From an uncultured Thermococci archaeon (GTDB lineage: Archaea; Methanobacteriota_B; Thermococci; Methanofastidiosales; B48-G16): a stretch of DNA of 64,000 bases. The DNA lies in NCBI GenBank assembly GCA_964595645.1, contig CAZQQT010000009.1, forward strand, positions 16,950 through 80,949, read 5' to 3'. The first letter of the stretch is position 1. Each line of letters starts with the position of its first letter. The notes under the pieces were generated by a model. The model did no database searches and was not told where the DNA came from. It saw only the letters and a program-made list of their open reading frames with translations. Shown piece by piece: positions 10,757-20,707 of this stretch. The position numbers and the translations under genes were made by a program.

Positions 10757-11435
10757 CTAACTCAATAGGTCTTCCTGTTTTTTTGAGTTCTCCAAACATT
10801 TCTTTTATTTTTCCCATTCTCTCCTCGTCCTCGGCGAGGATAAGAAGAATATCGCTTTCATCAAGTTTCGTTCGTCCGCGTGGCATGATGGCTACATCCT
10901 TCCGCAAAATACTAATGAGGAGCGTTCCCCCCGGAAATTCAATTTCCCCTATTTGCCTTCCAGTCATCTCCCCTGGCGTGATCTCAATCAAGCGCATGCC
11001 CCCCTTTATTGGAAGGGAGAGATCCAAGACATTCTCTCCACGGAGTAAATGGAGTATCTCCGTCGCGGCAGAAATCGTTGGTGAGATAACATGATCGATG
11101 CCGATCTCCTGGCAGGTTGTTCTGAGACCAATTTTGTTCAATTTCACGATGACCTTTGGAATAGAAAACCGTTTCCCAAGTATTGCAATCACCATATTAA
11201 GAGCATCGGATTCCGTTGTCGCAATAAGTGCATCTGCCTCTCTGGCACCGGCCTCCTCAAGTATCTCTGGTTCAGTCGCATCACCATGGATCACCAAGGC
11301 ATCGATTTCCTGTGAGAGGGCCTCACATCGCTCTTCATCATCATCGATAAGGACAAGCTCAAACTCGCCGTGAGAAGAGAGTTCCTCTGCCAATTGACGT
11401 CCAGTATCCTCCATTCCCGTCACAATCACTTTCAT
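10743..11435 (-). CDS. trkA: TrkA-family potassium uptake regulatory protein (RCK N and C domains)
   Basis: Start taken at MKVIVTG (internal ATG 11435; the longest ORF reaches 11468). RCK-N then RCK-C (ILLILAEDEE). The glycine motif is degenerate (GMEDTG). Confidence 0.75.
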   Translation of the reverse strand: MKVIVTGMEDTGRQLAEELSSHGEFELVLIDDDEERCEALSQEIDALVIHGDATEPEILEEAGAREADALIATTESDALNMVIAILGKRFSIPKVIVKLNKIGLRTTCQEIGIDHVISPTISAATEILHLLRGENVLDLSLPIKGGMRLIEITPGEMTGRQIGEIEFPGGTLLISILRKDVAIMPRGRTKLDESDILLILAEDEERMGKIKEMFGELKKTGRPIELDEAE

Positions 11436-11622
11436 AATATCCCAACTCGCTGTGTTTAGAGGAGTCAATACTCCAGTAAACTCCTAATTTACTCATTATA
11501 TCTTTACAATATTTAAATATCTATCGTAGTTTTCTCAAATGACTTGTGTATGAGAAACTTATTTAAAAGAAAAATAAAATAATCATATAGAATTATAGTC
11601 CTAAAATAGCATAATATAGGAG

Positions 11623-13986
11623 ATGAATTCCATGGGGAAAAGTAAAAATATCGAAATTCCTGCAGAAGTTGTTGAAAAATGGCAGAATATAGTAGATATA
11701 ATGGCAAAAATCACTGATGTTCCCGCAGGATTAATCATGGAGGTAGATAGACCGTATATAAAAGTTTTTCGAGCAAGTAATACGGAAGAAAATCCTTATA
11801 AGAAGGGAGAGAGGGAAAAGCTGACCGGGTTGTACTGTGAAGAAGTGATAACCTCACGAGAAAAACTACTCGTTCCCAATGCATTGAAAAATGAACGATG
11901 GAAGGAGAATCCAGATATTGAACTGGGAATGATCTCTTACCTTGGATTCCCTATTGAGTGGCCCAACGGAGAAATTTTTGGAACGATTTGTGTGCTTGAT
12001 TCAAGGGAAAGAAAATATAGTGAAGAGTACCAAAAATTAGTTTTTCATTTCAAAGAAGTTGTCGAAAGTCATTTGAAGTTATTATACCAAAGAAAACAGT
12101 TAGAAAAAGAAAACGTTGAACGAGAAGAAATGGAGCAACTGTACAAATCACTTTCTGAGTTCAACGAAGAGCTGCTGGAGCACGCTCCCATTGGGATCAT
12201 GCGACTGAATGCAGAGATGGAGATCGAGTATGCAAATCCTGAAATGCAGCGAATTTTAGGGCTTCCCTTTGGAAAGGAGTACGATGCAAGCTGGGAAAAG
12301 ATTCAGGAAAGCCCTTTTATCGAGGAAACAGAGATATCCTCTGAGGTGTTTGATGCACTGAAAAACGAGGAAAGAGTCTCAAAGGAGCTCTCATTCGCGC
12401 TGTCCAGTGGAGAGAAAGGGTGCCTCAATCTGAAAGGAGTACCGTTGGTGGAAGAGGGTGAGTTTATAGGAGCAGTCCTCCTTTTCAACGATATCACCAA
12501 AAGAAAAAAGATGGAAAAAGAGCTGCAGGAGAGTAAGAAGAAATTTGAGACGCTCTTCCATACTGCTAAAGATGCGATATTTATTCACGACCTCAAAGGG
12601 AACTTTCTGGAGGTCAATGAAGAAACCTGTGAACGGCTAGGCTACAGCAGAGAGGAACTACTAGAGATGACACCGATGGAGGTTGATGCTCCCGAGTACG
12701 CGTCTGAAGTGCATAATAAAATACAAAAACTGCAGGAAGAAGGAGAAGCATTTCTTGAAACAGCACATGTGACGAAAGAGGGGAAAAGAATTCCAACTGA
12801 ATTGAGCAGTAAAATAATTGAGTATGAAGGAAAAAAAGCGATACTCAGTATAGCAAGAGATATTACCAAACGAAAAGAAATGGAAGAAAAACTCTCTGCA
12901 ATATACGAGCTTTCAAAAGAAATGAGCCTTAGCATGGACCGCGAACATATTATTGATACGGTGCTGGATACTGCAGAGAAAAACCTCAACTTTGATAATA
13001 TTGACCTGTTCCTTGTAGATAGGAAAACAAATACGTTGGAGATAGAAGATACACGAGGAAAAAAAAATCCGGAGAGATGGACGGTAATCCCACTGTACGG
13101 TGAGAAAAGTATCGCCGCACATGTGGCACGCACAGGAGAGTCATTACTCATTCCTGACGTACGAAAGGATGATCGATACATAATAGGTTTAAAGGCGGCC
13201 CGATCGGAGCTATGTGTACCTATCAAAGTAAAAAATGAAATAATCGGTGTATTGGATGTAGAGAGCACAAAAATTGATGTATTCTCTGAAGAAGACAAAA
13301 AACTTCTGGAAACACTCGCATCACATGCAGCTGTTGCTTTAAAAAACGCACGTCTTTTTGAAGAGACTGAAAATCAACGAAAGGAACTATCAGAGTTTGC
13401 CCATACTGTTTCCCATGATCTCAAGAATTACATTGGCACAATCAAAAATAGAGCGCAACTATCGCTTATGAAGGAGAAAACAGCGAAGAATAACGCAGAA
13501 AAAATCATTAAAATTACAGAAAAAATGGAAAAATTTGTGAAAAAGCAACTCAAACTCGCCGACGCAGGAAAAATAATAGGAGAGCCTGAGGAAATTGATC
13601 TCAATGAGCTCGTGGAGGGGTTGAAAAAACAACACGATATCGAGATTAAAAGAGGAGATCTTCCCATAATACGAGGCGATCCACAACGGTTGAAAGAAGT
13701 ATTTCATAACCTTATCGAGAACGCAATAATTCATGGCGACGCTACCCATATAGACGTAACCTCTGAAAGAAAAGATAACGTATATATCATTTCCGTGAAA
13801 GACAACGGCAGGGGCATCGTTGAAGAAAATATTGGTAAGATCTTCGAGAAGGGATACTCTTCGGGAGACGGCACTGGGATTGGACTCACTATTGTAAAGA
13901 AAATTGTAGAAGCACATGGAGGGAGCATTCTAGTGGAATCCGAAGAGGGAAAAGAAACGACATTTAAGCTTCTATTACCAAAATAA
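11623..13986 (+). CDS. multi-domain sensor histidine kinase (GAF-PAS-PAS-GAF-HisKA-HATPase)
   Basis: 787 aa. H-box FAHTVSHDLKNY, N-box HNLIENAIIHG, G-boxes VKDNGRGI and GTGIGLTIVKKIVEAHGG. PAS-like FIHDLKGNFLEVNEE. The start may be the second ATG at 11632. Confidence 0.85.
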   Translation: MNSMGKSKNIEIPAEVVEKWQNIVDIMAKITDVPAGLIMEVDRPYIKVFRASNTEENPYKKGEREKLTGLYCEEVITSREKLLVPNALKNERWKENPDIELGMISYLGFPIEWPNGEIFGTICVLDSRERKYSEEYQKLVFHFKEVVESHLKLLYQRKQLEKENVEREEMEQLYKSLSEFNEELLEHAPIGIMRLNAEMEIEYANPEMQRILGLPFGKEYDASWEKIQESPFIEETEISSEVFDALKNEERVSKELSFALSSGEKGCLNLKGVPLVEEGEFIGAVLLFNDITKRKKMEKELQESKKKFETLFHTAKDAIFIHDLKGNFLEVNEETCERLGYSREELLEMTPMEVDAPEYASEVHNKIQKLQEEGEAFLETAHVTKEGKRIPTELSSKIIEYEGKKAILSIARDITKRKEMEEKLSAIYELSKEMSLSMDREHIIDTVLDTAEKNLNFDNIDLFLVDRKTNTLEIEDTRGKKNPERWTVIPLYGEKSIAAHVARTGESLLIPDVRKDDRYIIGLKAARSELCVPIKVKNEIIGVLDVESTKIDVFSEEDKKLLETLASHAAVALKNARLFEETENQRKELSEFAHTVSHDLKNYIGTIKNRAQLSLMKEKTAKNNAEKIIKITEKMEKFVKKQLKLADAGKIIGEPEEIDLNELVEGLKKQHDIEIKRGDLPIIRGDPQRLKEVFHNLIENAIIHGDATHIDVTSERKDNVYIISVKDNGRGIVEENIGKIFEKGYSSGDGTGIGLTIVKKIVEAHGGSILVESEEGKETTFKLLLPK

Positions 13987-13992
13987 AAAACA

Positions 13993-14008
13993 TTTTTTTC
14001 GTTTTTTT
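13993..14008 (+). terminator. oligo-T archaeal terminator candidate
   Basis: Two T7 runs (13993-13999 and 14002-14008) directly after the kinase stop codon. Confidence 0.4.
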
Positions 14009-14078
14009 GTACTAAGAGAAAAATTTAAATAGACTGCTGTAGAGAAGGGAATTAAAAATTGTTAATAGAGGAGATACT

Positions 14079-15287
14079 GTGGAACTTAGACTATGGTACA
14101 GAAAAATATTGCATTTCCTTCTTCAAGTTCCTCTACTCGATTCTAAGAACACCCGTCGTCGGAAACTGCTCACCCTCATCCTACTCGGATCGATAATCTG
14201 TGTAATAGTGGTCCTACTCACGTTAATTATCCTTATATTCACACAAATAGGTTGGGCAGGTTCCTCAGAGGAAATAACAAGACTCTTTAGAGAGATTATA
14301 CTTCTTTTGGTAGGTATAGTACTTATTTACATTTTAAATAGACACGTTTCAGGTAGATTGGCCAGTATATTATTTTTACTACTGATTATAGCTCTTGCTG
14401 CAGTCGCTGATAGCCCAGAACAAGTTGCGAACGGCCGTGGTCTTCTCACCTTCGCACTTCCCATCGTTGCAGCAAGCATCCTCCTCAACCCGTGGGCCAG
14501 TTTTGTGACAGCAGCGTTAAGTGGTGGGGTGGTAGTGATCGTGGGACTACAGATACCGGGACATGCTCCAAATATGCTGGCACTCGCAACCTTCTTTTTA
14601 CTCGCACTTATCTCATGGTTGGCCACCCGTACATTGGAGCAAACACTGAAGAGAGCGGAGTTTTATGCAGATGTACTCGCCCACGACATCGGAAATCTCA
14701 ATCAGATCATGCTCGGATACCTCCATCTACTAAGAAAGACAGAAGATAGGGAAACAATAGAAGAAAACATAAAGAACATCAAACGATCGATAAAAGAATC
14801 TGCCCGCCTCGCAGAAAGTATCCAAATCTTAAAAAGAATCAGGAGCACATCATTAGAGAAACTCTGCCTCACTGATTCATTAGAACGATCGATAGAGAAA
14901 ATAAAAAATTACTTTAGTCGGGAAATATTGGTAAATTACACGCGAAATGAGTGTTATATTAGCGCAAATGCATTTCTCGACCACGCATTTTTCAGCATCC
15001 TCAAAAACGCCGTGGAATTCACGCTTCACGATCCGATACGTATTGATATTACTGTCGAAGAATGTGCAAGGAAATGCAATGTCCATATCCGCGATTATGG
15101 TCTTGGGATTTCCAAAGAAAAACGAAAAGACATTCTCAAGAATTTAGATACCCCGTCTAAACGGACGGGTATGGGACTCTATGTCGCAAAGGAGATTTTT
15201 GAGAGTTACGGCGGCACGTTGGATATACAAGGAGGGGAGAATGGTACAGAGGTAATTATCAGTCTTCCAACTGATAACAGTGAGTAA
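14079..15287 (+). CDS. membrane-bound sensor histidine kinase
   Basis: 402 aa. GTG start preceded by GAGGAG. About 5-6 N-terminal TM helices, H-box LAHDIGNL, N-box ILKNAVEFT, G-boxes IRDYGLGI and GMGLYVAKE. Confidence 0.8.
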   Translation: MELRLWYRKILHFLLQVPLLDSKNTRRRKLLTLILLGSIICVIVVLLTLIILIFTQIGWAGSSEEITRLFREIILLLVGIVLIYILNRHVSGRLASILFLLLIIALAAVADSPEQVANGRGLLTFALPIVAASILLNPWASFVTAALSGGVVVIVGLQIPGHAPNMLALATFFLLALISWLATRTLEQTLKRAEFYADVLAHDIGNLNQIMLGYLHLLRKTEDRETIEENIKNIKRSIKESARLAESIQILKRIRSTSLEKLCLTDSLERSIEKIKNYFSREILVNYTRNECYISANAFLDHAFFSILKNAVEFTLHDPIRIDITVEECARKCNVHIRDYGLGISKEKRKDILKNLDTPSKRTGMGLYVAKEIFESYGGTLDIQGGENGTEVIISLPTDNSE

Positions 15288-15332
15288 CCGTTCCTTGCAA
15301 GAACATCATTTCAAAAGCGTTATAAAGAAAAA

Positions 15333-16220
15333 ATGATCATAGAACATATGCTTTCCCTTTCTCCCTATCAAAGGGGTGTAGTATGGGTTCTCATCTCCGC
15401 ATTCAGTTTTGCATTTCTCGGTATATTCGGTAAATTTGCATACAAAGAAAATATCAATTCAATTACACTTCTTTTTTTACGGTTTTCATTTGCTTCGGTA
15501 ATCCTCTTCCTTTACACGAAATTCGAGAACCTCAATTTACGACTGAGCACCCGAGATCTGATCGCTGTACTGGTACTTGGGGGGATCTGCTATGCCGGAC
15601 AGTCCTTCGGATATTTCCAAGCACTCCACTACCTCTCAGTAGGCGTAACTACACTGATCCTGTACACCCATCTTCTCTTTGTCGCCTTTATTGCGGTCTC
15701 CTTTCTCGATGAAAAGCTCGATGCACGACTTATCGTTGCATTGATCTCGGCGTTAGCCGGTGTGTGGTTCATCGTGTACTCCAACGGGGGAACGGAGGTA
15801 AATCTCACAGGTGTCGCGTTTATTCTAGGATCTGCGTTAATCTACAGTGTGTATATTACCCTCAGCAAGGTCACCGTCACCACGGCGGATCCGAGAGTGA
15901 TGGGTGTCTATGTGATGTTTTCGGCAGCGTGTGCATTTTTCATCATTGGGACAACGACGGGAAGACTGCAGATCGCCCTCACCCTCCGTGGATTCTTGTT
16001 TGCGCTGCTCATCGCGCTGATTCCCACGGTAGTTGCTATCGTCACGTACTTCGAGGGACTCAAGCACGTGGGTGCATCGAGGGCCTCTATCATCAGCACC
16101 TTCGAGCCGGTGGTAGCGGTCAGCTTTGGATACCTTCTTCTCGGAGAAACACTGAGTTTCACGCAGATCTGTGGAGGTATTCTCATCATTCTCAGCGTCC
16201 TACTACTGGAAAAGAAGTAG
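15333..16220 (+). CDS. EamA/DMT family transporter
   Basis: 295 aa, 10 hydrophobic segments in a two-fold EamA-like repeat organisation. Confidence 0.7.
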   Translation: MIIEHMLSLSPYQRGVVWVLISAFSFAFLGIFGKFAYKENINSITLLFLRFSFASVILFLYTKFENLNLRLSTRDLIAVLVLGGICYAGQSFGYFQALHYLSVGVTTLILYTHLLFVAFIAVSFLDEKLDARLIVALISALAGVWFIVYSNGGTEVNLTGVAFILGSALIYSVYITLSKVTVTTADPRVMGVYVMFSAACAFFIIGTTTGRLQIALTLRGFLFALLIALIPTVVAIVTYFEGLKHVGASRASIISTFEPVVAVSFGYLLLGETLSFTQICGGILIILSVLLLEKK

Positions 16221-16302
16221 GGTGAGATTTGGGTTTCACTTGATAATAACTTCGGAAAATCTATTTAAATGGGAGAAGAGCACCTACAATCAGGTGATAG
16301 CA

Positions 16303-16752
16303 ATGAAAAGAAAAATAACAATTGGAATTGCAGCACTGGTACTGATTGGCGCTATTATAGCTGTTGGTGCAGTAGCTGCATACGGAAATCCATGGAAAGA
16401 CAGAAACGTCCTCCCGGATCACGATGACGACGGGATTCCCAATGGATTGGATGAAAACTACGAACGGCCGAGAGACTGCAGGAACTCGCCCTGGATACTT
16501 GGAGATGAAAGACTAGAGAGGCTTCAGGAACAGTTCGATCTCACCGATGATCAGATCGCTGCCATACAGGAAAAAGTCACATTGCTGATCGATGAAGAAG
16601 CGGCACCCGCTGAGATAATGGAGACTATCGAAGAGATGTTGAAGGAGTTCGGCGTTGAGAATCCTGAACTTATGGGGCAGGGTCCTCACGGAATGCATCG
16701 GCAGGGATATCAGGGACACGGAAGAGGTAGCTGCCCCTACAACGATGAATAA
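16303..16752 (+). CDS. small signal-anchored/secreted acidic protein with a DxDxDG-type Ca-binding-like motif and a His/Gly-rich tail
   Basis: Internal ATG at 16303 preceded by GGTGA. MKRKITIGIAALVLIGAIIAVGAVAAYG signal/anchor, DHDDDGIPNGLDENY, LTDDQIAAIQEK helical segment, C-terminal GPHGMHRQGYQGHGRGSCPY. Confidence 0.5.
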   Translation: MKRKITIGIAALVLIGAIIAVGAVAAYGNPWKDRNVLPDHDDDGIPNGLDENYERPRDCRNSPWILGDERLERLQEQFDLTDDQIAAIQEKVTLLIDEEAAPAEIMETIEEMLKEFGVENPELMGQGPHGMHRQGYQGHGRGSCPYNDE

Positions 16753-16882
16753 CTCCTCTTCCTTTTACTTTTTAAGACACTATGTATATTCTAAGTCCTG
16801 AAAAAAAGATAATTTTGCGTGATGAAACGGAATGCCAGTGAACGCCACAATCTATATATAACTATGCACGTATCAACGTCCA

Positions 16883-17161
16883 ATGAGAAAGGTGCTCTGG
16901 TGGCTTATCGGCGGAACGAGAGGAGGAAAAAACAGGCTGCGAATCCTCCGTACTCTAGAAAATGAACCGATGAACGCACACCAGCTATCAAAAACGCTGG
17001 ATCTGGACTACAAAACCATCAGGCACCACATTGAGATACTGGAAGAAAACCAAGTTATTACATCCATGGGAGAGGATTATGGAAAGACATATTTTCTCTC
17101 CGAAAGAATGGAGAAAAATCTTGATATACTAGAGGAAATTGCAAAGAAAATAGGTGATTGA
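16883..17161 (+). CDS. ArsR-like winged-helix transcriptional regulator
   Basis: 92 aa. RLRILRTLENEPMNAHQLSKTLDLDYKTIRHHIEILEEN is a classic wHTH recognition region. Confidence 0.7.
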   Translation: MRKVLWWLIGGTRGGKNRLRILRTLENEPMNAHQLSKTLDLDYKTIRHHIEILEENQVITSMGEDYGKTYFLSERMEKNLDILEEIAKKIGD

Positions 17162-17569
17162 ATGGATAAAAAACTCAAAATAATGGTAATAGTGGCAGTG
17201 GGGGCTCTGATAAGTCTTTTCTTCGTATGGGGACTGTCCTTTCCCGGAAGTCACGGGCACGGCAGAGGTGCAATGATGTATGATATTGAGAATGTCGTAC
17301 TGGTGAAGACGTTTATTGCCACGCTCAACGTGATACTCATCTCTGTACTGTTATGGAACTATATCACTGTGTACAGAGATATTCCTACCCGGTTTACCAT
17401 GAGTCTTGTGATTGTAAGTGTGGCACTTCTTCTCTATGCCCTCTCTTCAAATCCATTGCTCCACTCCGCTTGTGGGTTCAGAGGAGTGGGTGTTGGACCA
17501 TTCACATTCCTGTCAGATCTTTTTGCCACCTTTGCCATCGTGATCCTGTTATACCAGAGCTATGAGTAA
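17162..17569 (+). CDS. four-TM membrane protein of unknown function, coupled to the wHTH regulator
   Basis: 135 aa. The start abuts the regulator stop (TGAATG). The first loop carries GSHGHGRG. Confidence 0.5.
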   Translation: MDKKLKIMVIVAVGALISLFFVWGLSFPGSHGHGRGAMMYDIENVVLVKTFIATLNVILISVLLWNYITVYRDIPTRFTMSLVIVSVALLLYALSSNPLLHSACGFRGVGVGPFTFLSDLFATFAIVILLYQSYE

Positions 17570-17580
17570 CTATTTCACAC

Positions 17581-18531
17581 TCAGGTGGTCAGTACCTCAT
17601 ACACAGCCGTTGCGATCTGTATATCCTGGACGGCAACTCCTGTAAGATCCGCAACAGTGATCTGGTCGTCTGAGATTCTCCGTAAATCCTTATTGGCAAT
17701 GATATTTCCTAGCTCAACGAGATCCTCTTCCTGAATTAAGTCCGTATTGAGCGCGTGGTGAATTTCTCCCCTCTCGAGACACTGGGAGATACTATCGGCC
17801 ACCACAATATCCGCTCTCTTTAAAATCTCTGGATCCAACTCGTTTTTCTCCGGTGTATCGGAGCCTACAGCAGTGATATGTGTGCCTCTCTGGATCTGAT
17901 CTGCCGTGAGCAACGGAGATTTTGCTGGAGTCGCGGTGACAATGAGATTTAACGATTGTGCCACCTTATTCGCATCCATGGTGGTACAAATCCTGTATCC
18001 ATGCGTTCCCATTTCCTGCTTATACGCATCTAAATGTTCTCGAGTTCTCCCCCAGACGACGACATCCCTGCAGTCAACAACTTGCTTTAAATACTCGAGT
18101 TGTATCTTTCCCTGCACACCAGTTCCCAGCACGCCGATGCCACGAACGTTGTGAGGTGCTAGATATCTCGCAACAACTGCTCCTGCGGCAGCAGTTCGCA
18201 CATCGGTGAGATAGCCTTCATCCAAGAGTACACTCTCCAGTTCTCCTGTTTTTTGTGTAAATACGAGCATGAGTCCATTGTTCGGTGGAAGTCCTACTGT
18301 GGGATTTTCATAAAATCCAGAGGCAATTTTGATCACGTAATATGCATCATCGATAATATACCCATATTTGATATGAACTTCACCCGGTGGATCGTTAAAG
18401 CTGAGCTCTCCCACAGGAGGAACAACGACGTCACCATTAGAATATGCCACAAACCCCTTCTCAATCGCTTGAATAGGATCGAGTTGCGATAACACGTCCT
18501 TAATCTGGCCTACGTGAAAAATTTTTGTCAT
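17581..18531 (-). CDS. ornithine cyclodeaminase/mu-crystallin family enzyme (possibly archaeal alanine dehydrogenase type)
   Basis: Start taken at MTKIFHV (18531). Rossmann GVLGTGVQG. Family pattern DVRTAAAGAV...TATPAKSPLL...GTHITAVGSDTPEK. Confidence 0.75.
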   Translation of the reverse strand: MTKIFHVGQIKDVLSQLDPIQAIEKGFVAYSNGDVVVPPVGELSFNDPPGEVHIKYGYIIDDAYYVIKIASGFYENPTVGLPPNNGLMLVFTQKTGELESVLLDEGYLTDVRTAAAGAVVARYLAPHNVRGIGVLGTGVQGKIQLEYLKQVVDCRDVVVWGRTREHLDAYKQEMGTHGYRICTTMDANKVAQSLNLIVTATPAKSPLLTADQIQRGTHITAVGSDTPEKNELDPEILKRADIVVADSISQCLERGEIHHALNTDLIQEEDLVELGNIIANKDLRRISDDQITVADLTGVAVQDIQIATAVYEVLTT

Positions 18532-18661
18532 TTTCTTTCCTCTTTCCACAATTTTCCTATCAGTTCCGTGGTACATATCTACATCTATTCTCTTAAATAT
18601 TTATTGTCACGCACTTCAAAAATTTTAAATAGATGCTCAACGATCACATATAGGTGATTTG

Positions 18662-19804
18662 ATGGATGTACAAGAGTGTTTGGATGACTTTCCGATGAGA
18701 GAGAAGGTAGATTATCTCAACGCGGCGAGCATTGGACTTGTTCCTGATCCTGTGATCAAAAGATCGAAGGAAATTTTTGTTGATCTCGCTGAAGGCGGAA
18801 CTGCAACACTCGATGAAGAGAAAGAGGAACTAGTGTACAATTCCCTTCGAGAAGAAAGCGCAAACCTCCTGGGTTGTAGCCCGGAAGATATTGCCATTTT
18901 TAATAGTACTTCTGAAGCGTTAAACTGTATTGCGTGGAGTTTAGAGTTAAAATCCGGCAACATTGTGTCCACAGGTATCGAGTTCCCCAGTGTCACCTAC
19001 CCCTGGATGAGAATCGCTAAAAACAAAAAGATCGATGTGAAGCTTGTGGAGGCTGACAACTGGTGTATTCCTAGTGATACACTCTTACACGAGATCGACA
19101 AAGATACGGAAGTTGTTGCATTGAGCCACGTGGAGTACCTCACTGGTCAGAAATTTGACATGAAAAAAATCGCGAAGCGAGCGCATGAGGTGGGCGCCAT
19201 TGTGGTGGTAGATGGTGTGCAGGCAGCAGGATACCTACCACTCGATATGGGAAAAATGGGCGTGGACGTGTACATCACCGGTAGTTACAAGTGGCTGCTA
19301 GCACCCTTTGGAGCGGCGGTTGCATATATCTCAAAGGATCTCTACGACGGACTCGACCCTGCATTTGTTGGCTGGCGATCGACAGAAACGATGTGGAATT
19401 TTGATGCCACAACACTCACGTACGCCTCCACTGCGAGGAAGTTTGAGTACAGTACCAGTGCCTACGATGTGAAACTGGCACTTGCAGAAGCGATCAAGTA
19501 TCTACGAAAAATTGGCATAGACGCCATTTATCGACACAACACTGCATTAATTGAGACGCTACGCGATGAAATATCGTCAATAGAGGGGGCTGAGATTATC
19601 ACGCCGGGAATGGAAGGATCACGACTCACATTCACTGTTGAAGGGAAGAATAGCGCAGAAATCAACAAAACACTGCGGAGTCTCTCTCGCTCTGTGGAGT
19701 TGAGTATCCGATCAGACATGATACGAATCTCGCCTCATATCTATAACACTGAAGAGGATATCCTCTATGCAGTGGACAGTCTCAAAGAGATTCTCGGTGT
19801 CTAA
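18662..19804 (+). CDS. class V aminotransferase-fold PLP enzyme (cysteine desulfurase-like)
   Basis: About 380 aa. YLNAAS N-terminal motif, VVVDGVQAAG, PLP-lysine context TGSYKWLLAPFG. Confidence 0.7.
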   Translation: MDVQECLDDFPMREKVDYLNAASIGLVPDPVIKRSKEIFVDLAEGGTATLDEEKEELVYNSLREESANLLGCSPEDIAIFNSTSEALNCIAWSLELKSGNIVSTGIEFPSVTYPWMRIAKNKKIDVKLVEADNWCIPSDTLLHEIDKDTEVVALSHVEYLTGQKFDMKKIAKRAHEVGAIVVVDGVQAAGYLPLDMGKMGVDVYITGSYKWLLAPFGAAVAYISKDLYDGLDPAFVGWRSTETMWNFDATTLTYASTARKFEYSTSAYDVKLALAEAIKYLRKIGIDAIYRHNTALIETLRDEISSIEGAEIITPGMEGSRLTFTVEGKNSAEINKTLRSLSRSVELSIRSDMIRISPHIYNTEEDILYAVDSLKEILGV

Positions 19805-20621
19805 CAATCTTCAGCCCGTCGCATAACTAAGGACACATACACATTTTGCGGTTTCCGTGGCCCTCCATAGACCATCTGTGTACACCGTGAGAGTTCTGTT
19901 GCTGTACGCGGTATAACGGACCCGATATAATGCGGAACATAGACTGTTTTTGCTCCGTGGGTGGACGCATACGCGAGGATCTCACGAGCAGTACTCTCCT
20001 TTTTCGCGACAATGGGTCCTATTCTCCCTCCCCAGTGTATACCGTACCCTTCCTCCTCGAGGAGTATCACCTTTCCCCCCATGCTGAGGAGGAGACACAG
20101 TAGTGCACGTCTATCACCGCCAAAGAATTCTCTATCCATTTCCTCTGCCCATGAGGGCAATGTCTGAGATGCAGAAAGAGATCTATTGCAAGTGAATGAA
20201 CAGTGTGACAGATCATAATTCACCACCGGACATATCTCATGACCCCCATACTTTGTATAGAGCGGTTTTCCTTCTGTCGTCGCGTTCAGTGTTATCACGG
20301 GGATGTTCTTTTCCTCACCGCGGGAGAGTAATTCCTCAGCCAGCATGCTCCCTACACCTCGCCGTTGAAAAGAGGGATCCACCGCCATATAGCCGATCCA
20401 CGCCAGTGTGTAGTAGGGAAACAATGCTCGCACCCAAGTACTGTCCCTTGTCGTGTTGCGACAACGAACTCTCCAACGTGTTGTGCGTATAATTTCTGCC
20501 AAAACGATACCATAGACTTTGTATAAGAAATATCAAGATTAAATGCCTGTAAAAAGACATGTACCGCCTTTACGAGCTCTGTCTTTTCTGGTGTTCTCAT
20601 CATCGCATCCATGCGATCCAT
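19801..20621 (-). pseudogene. GNAT N-acetyltransferase (with YitH-like C-terminal domain), disrupted by a frameshift near 20435-20445
   Basis: The N-terminal part (MDRMDAMMRTPEKTELVKAV...EFVVATRQGTVLG) lies in the 20352..20717 frame. The continuation (ALFPYYTLAWIGYMAVDPSFQRRGVGSMLAEELL, the acetyl-CoA motif) lies in the 19801..20502 frame. The two join at the ctt-ggg-tgc site. Confidence 0.7.
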
Positions 20622-20707
20622 TGCAACAATATGGAACGGGACGTAAATAAATTTATAGCGATAAGAAAAAAACTGCAGAACCAAAAGAGAAAGAAAAGAA
20701 AAAAAAA

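Noticed and set aside
10743-11468. Degenerate Rossmann motif (GMEDTG instead of GxGxxG) in TrkA
   Set aside because: RCK-N domains tolerate variation and the rest of the protein is intact and coupled to trkH. This is not enough evidence for loss of nucleotide binding, and the 11 extra N-terminal codons of the longest ORF are probably not translated.
12642-13298. 218-aa minus-strand ORF inside the first histidine kinase gene
   Set aside because: It is antisense to a well-supported multi-domain kinase. The translation is Ser/Phe/Ile-rich low complexity, typical of a shadow ORF opposite a Glu/Lys-rich gene, and no RBS or promoter was evident.
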